Assembly (NCBI GenBank): GCA_963706325.1
Contig: CAVPLT010000004.1
Location: 736,001 to 800,000, forward strand
From: an uncultured Nitrospiraceae bacterium
GTDB lineage: Bacteria; Nitrospirota; Nitrospiria; Nitrospirales; Nitrospiraceae
Reading direction: 5' to 3'
Length of the DNA stretch: 64,000 nt
In this document: piece after piece, positions 61,358-64,000 of the stretch
How the letters are laid out: each line of letters begins with the position of its first letter
How positions within the stretch are numbered: position 1 is the first letter of the stretch
Translations under genes and position numbers: made by a program
Notes under the pieces: model-generated
The model's input: only the letters and a program-made list of their open reading frames with translations
Database searches by the model: none
What the model was told of the DNA's origin: nothing

Positions 61358-62485
61358 ATGGGGGATCTGGGTCGGAGATGCAAGGCGTGGAGTGAACCGA
61401 ACATTGGTCGCATCGTATTACTCATACGCCTTGCCTGCTTACTGTGCCTCCTGTTGCAGGGGGTACATGCAGCCGCCGAGGGATCTGATGAATACATATC
61501 AGGCTATGCGGCGGCCCTGGTGGAGCATGGGTTTCATCTCCCCGGAACAGAAATTCAGGTTGATCAGGGGGTCGTCACGGTTTACGTGAAGCGGTTAGGA
61601 GCCGAGGACCCTGCTAAGATTGCGGCGGCGGTGGAACGGATTCCAGGTGTCGTGAGAGCCGATGTACGCGAAGGTGAACCACCAACAAGGCGAGGCGTCC
61701 CTTCAGCACAAGCGGTCACACCGGAGCCTGAGTCGAAATTCTTGCCGCGCGGATTACTTTTTGATCCCTTACACGCGGATCCCCGTTGGCCGCACTTCGG
61801 CGCATCATACCATTGGTTGTCTCAGGGTAGACAGTTTGCGAGTTCGTTCGGTGAGTCGTTTGCATTCTACAGGAACGCCGCTCCCTTTGGTGGCCAGTGG
61901 GAGCTGGGCATGCAAGCCGGAGTATTTGGAGTCTTTGATACCCAGCGAAGTTCCATTGATTTAATCAATGCCGACTACAATGTCGGACTGCTCGCCAGTT
62001 ATCGCGCCGACAAGTTGTCTGGGTTTATCCGCATTCATCACCAGAGTTCCCATTTGGGGGACGAATTTCTGCTGAGCAATCCTCAAGTGACCCGGGTGAA
62101 TTTGAGTTTTGAAGAAGTGGATTTGAAGGTGTCTTATGACCTCACGACGTGGCTGCGTATTTATGGAGGAGTTGGGACCTTAATACGGACAGATCCCAGT
62201 AATCTGGGCCGAAATACCAGCCAAGGAGGGGCGGAACTCAAAAGTCCCTGGATCTTGTTAGGAGGGAAATTGCGACCGGTGGCCTATGCAGATTTCCAAG
62301 CCAATGCCAGAACAAACTGGCGAGTGGGACAATCGATTCGAGCAGGGTTCCAGTTTGAGAATGCGACCATCGGTGATCGGAAGCTGCAGGTGCTCGCGGA
62401 GTATTTCTCAGGTCCTTCGCCGAACGGGCAGCTCTATACTCAAAATGTCGAGTGGGTCGGTATGGGAATCCATCTGTGGTTTTAG
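61358..62485 (+). CDS. DUF1207-like outer-membrane protein with N-terminal BON-like segment
   Basis: FDPLHADPRWP, DLINADY, HQSSHLGDEF and C-terminal Phe. Confidence 0.8.
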   Translation: MGDLGRRCKAWSEPNIGRIVLLIRLACLLCLLLQGVHAAAEGSDEYISGYAAALVEHGFHLPGTEIQVDQGVVTVYVKRLGAEDPAKIAAAVERIPGVVRADVREGEPPTRRGVPSAQAVTPEPESKFLPRGLLFDPLHADPRWPHFGASYHWLSQGRQFASSFGESFAFYRNAAPFGGQWELGMQAGVFGVFDTQRSSIDLINADYNVGLLASYRADKLSGFIRIHHQSSHLGDEFLLSNPQVTRVNLSFEEVDLKVSYDLTTWLRIYGGVGTLIRTDPSNLGRNTSQGGAELKSPWILLGGKLRPVAYADFQANARTNWRVGQSIRAGFQFENATIGDRKLQVLAEYFSGPSPNGQLYTQNVEWVGMGIHLWF

Positions 62486-62566
62486 TCCCTGTCAGTCATG
62501 GACGTCTAGGTCGTTCAATGGGTGAAGACCAAGATTCACACCGGAGGGTGACGGAAAGGGAACCAA

Positions 62567-62728
62567 ATGCCAACTGAAGCCTCAACAAAATCCTGTGCGC
62601 ATCCAAGCTGTTCCTGCCAGGCTGAGCCGGGCAAGGAATTCTGCTCGGACGCTTGCCGCAATGCGAAGGCGCCGAGTGGCAGTTGCTCGTGCGGCCATGG
62701 GGGCTGCGCAGAAAAGAAACATCATTAA
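62567..62728 (+). CDS. Bacterial metallothionein-like protein (53 aa), not in ORF track
   Basis: MPTEASTKSCAHPSCSCQAEPGKEFCSDACRNAKAPSGSCSCGHGGCAEKKHH; 8 Cys and 4 His in an SmtA/BmtA-like arrangement. Confidence 0.8.
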   Translation: MPTEASTKSCAHPSCSCQAEPGKEFCSDACRNAKAPSGSCSCGHGGCAEKKHH

Positions 62729-62784
62729 AGCGTTCGTCGCGTGCGAATGTGCGAAGGTTCTCACCCTTAGAATGAGGTGTCATT

Positions 62785-62952
62785 ATGTTAAGCTGGGCTG
62801 TCACTTTTCTTGTGATTGGATTGATCGCCGGTGTGCTAGGAATCTCGGGAGTCGCGGGAACCGCAACCCAGATCGCCTATATACTTTTCGTGGTGTTTAT
62901 CATCCTCGCTGTTATAGGGATGGTCATGGGGCGGCGCCCTCCGGCCGTATAA
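62785..62952 (+). CDS. DUF1328 (YtjA-like) small membrane protein (55 aa), not in ORF track
   Basis: [64 protein letters not shown]. Confidence 0.88.
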   Translation: MLSWAVTFLVIGLIAGVLGISGVAGTATQIAYILFVVFIILAVIGMVMGRRPPAV

Positions 62953-63312
62953 ACGAGGCGAGCCTTACGTGAGGTGGGGATCGTGCTGACGATCGCTCCC
63001 TAGAGCTCCCGGCGGCGCGTCTTTAGTCGCAAAGACCGCCGCCACGGCTTTCACCGTCATCTCTCCGACGTGGTGGAACTCATGTTGTACGGAAATTCGG
63101 ATGACCACGATATCAGGGTGCCAAGCGAGGACCCGACTGTGACCTCCATCCTTTCGAGAATGTAGGCATCATCTAACCCCCATCGTAATGAGGACGCGGT
63201 GCAATCGAGCCCCGAGTGAAGCGCAACCGCGAGTTCATCGGAGCAAATGCCCGGTTCTGGAAGAGAATGTACAATCTCTATTGTGGACGCTGGTTTTCAC
63301 CTTCCCAATACG

Positions 63313-64000
63313 TCAGGATTTGACGGGGTAGTGACTGAGAATCACCTCATAGAGCCGGCTGGCTGCCGACTCTTTTGGAAGAAAATCCGCGGCTCCCGCC
63401 TCCGTCATCGCTATCCTAACCTGAGGATCATTTCTCACGGAGATTCCAATCACGGTAACGGCCTCTTGCTCACGGCGTAAAATCCGGGTCGCTTCGATAC
63501 CGTCCAGCAGCGGCAAGTTGACGTCCATCACAACGACATCGGGATGAAGCGACCGCGCCATAATGACCGCGTCTTGCCCATCTGCTGCTTCGCCTACGAC
63601 CTTCAGATCATTGTAGCCGTCTAGAATGCTTCGGAGTCCCTGCCGAACCATGGCGTGGTCGTCCACTAAAAGGATTCTCACGCATCGGTCTGGAGATCGT
63701 TCGATATCCGTCACCATCTCCCCCGGGGGCGCCAGTGGAAGCGGGGCTGCCCCGGCGCAATTTTTAGTCAGCGGGAGGCGCAAAATGGCCAAGGTGCCTG
63801 CGCCGATGCATGAGGACAGCTCGCACGACCCACCCAGTAACTCCATTCGTTCCCGAATGGTGAGCAAGCCAAACTTGCTGTACGGGTCTTCGGCGGGGGA
63901 GAGGATGCCCACGTCAAATCCGATGCCACTGTCCTCAACGCAAATCCAGAGTTCGTTACTCTCATCAATCGTGATCGTAATACTGGCGTTGTCCGTCTGG
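63313..64000 (-). CDS. Hybrid sensor histidine kinase, C-terminal HATPase + receiver (gene begins beyond the window)
   Basis: VEDSGIGFD and FGLLTIRERMELLGG (NarX/UhpB-type HATPase), then REC ILLVDDH..MDVNLP. Confidence 0.85.
   Translation of the reverse strand, partial: QTDNASITITIDESNELWICVEDSGIGFDVGILSPAEDPYSKFGLLTIRERMELLGGSCELSSCIGAGTLAILRLPLTKNCAGAAPLPLAPPGEMVTDIERSPDRCVRILLVDDHAMVRQGLRSILDGYNDLKVVGEAADGQDAVIMARSLHPDVVVMDVNLPLLDGIEATRILRREQEAVTVIGISVRNDPQVRIAMTEAGAADFLPKESAASRLYEVILSHYPVKS

Overview
Bacterial chromosome segment, most likely Nitrospira (inferred from gene content and small-protein families; no rRNA marker present). The left part (1-30.2 kb) is mostly housekeeping. It holds a partial YhaN-like ATPase, a mutY-mutT-exonuclease cluster, miaB-mtaB, and a sigma54-preceded run of universal-stress genes leading into an NAD-linked formate dehydrogenase (fdsGBA, four single-base frameshifts) plus focA. 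It also holds ampG and class II RNR nrdJ with NrdR and DnaA boxes. The right part (30.7-64 kb) is a general-stress/storage-carbohydrate island: glgC, treY, glgX, an internally deleted GH15, a diheme cytochrome c with AhpC, SOD, a ferritin-like protein, CsbD, DUF1328, PRC-barrels and Pro- or Lys-rich microproteins. It also encodes a 53-aa metallothionein absent from the ORF track, an NtrC-type and two NarL-type regulators, and a partial hybrid kinase. The most striking unannotated signal is a recurring intergenic palindrome, CTAGG-N6-CCTAG (5 perfect and about 9 near-perfect copies), upstream of island genes, which suggests an undescribed stress regulon. Two copies of a MITE/REP-like element abut TAG stop codons. 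No rRNA, tRNA, CRISPR array or transposase was recognised.
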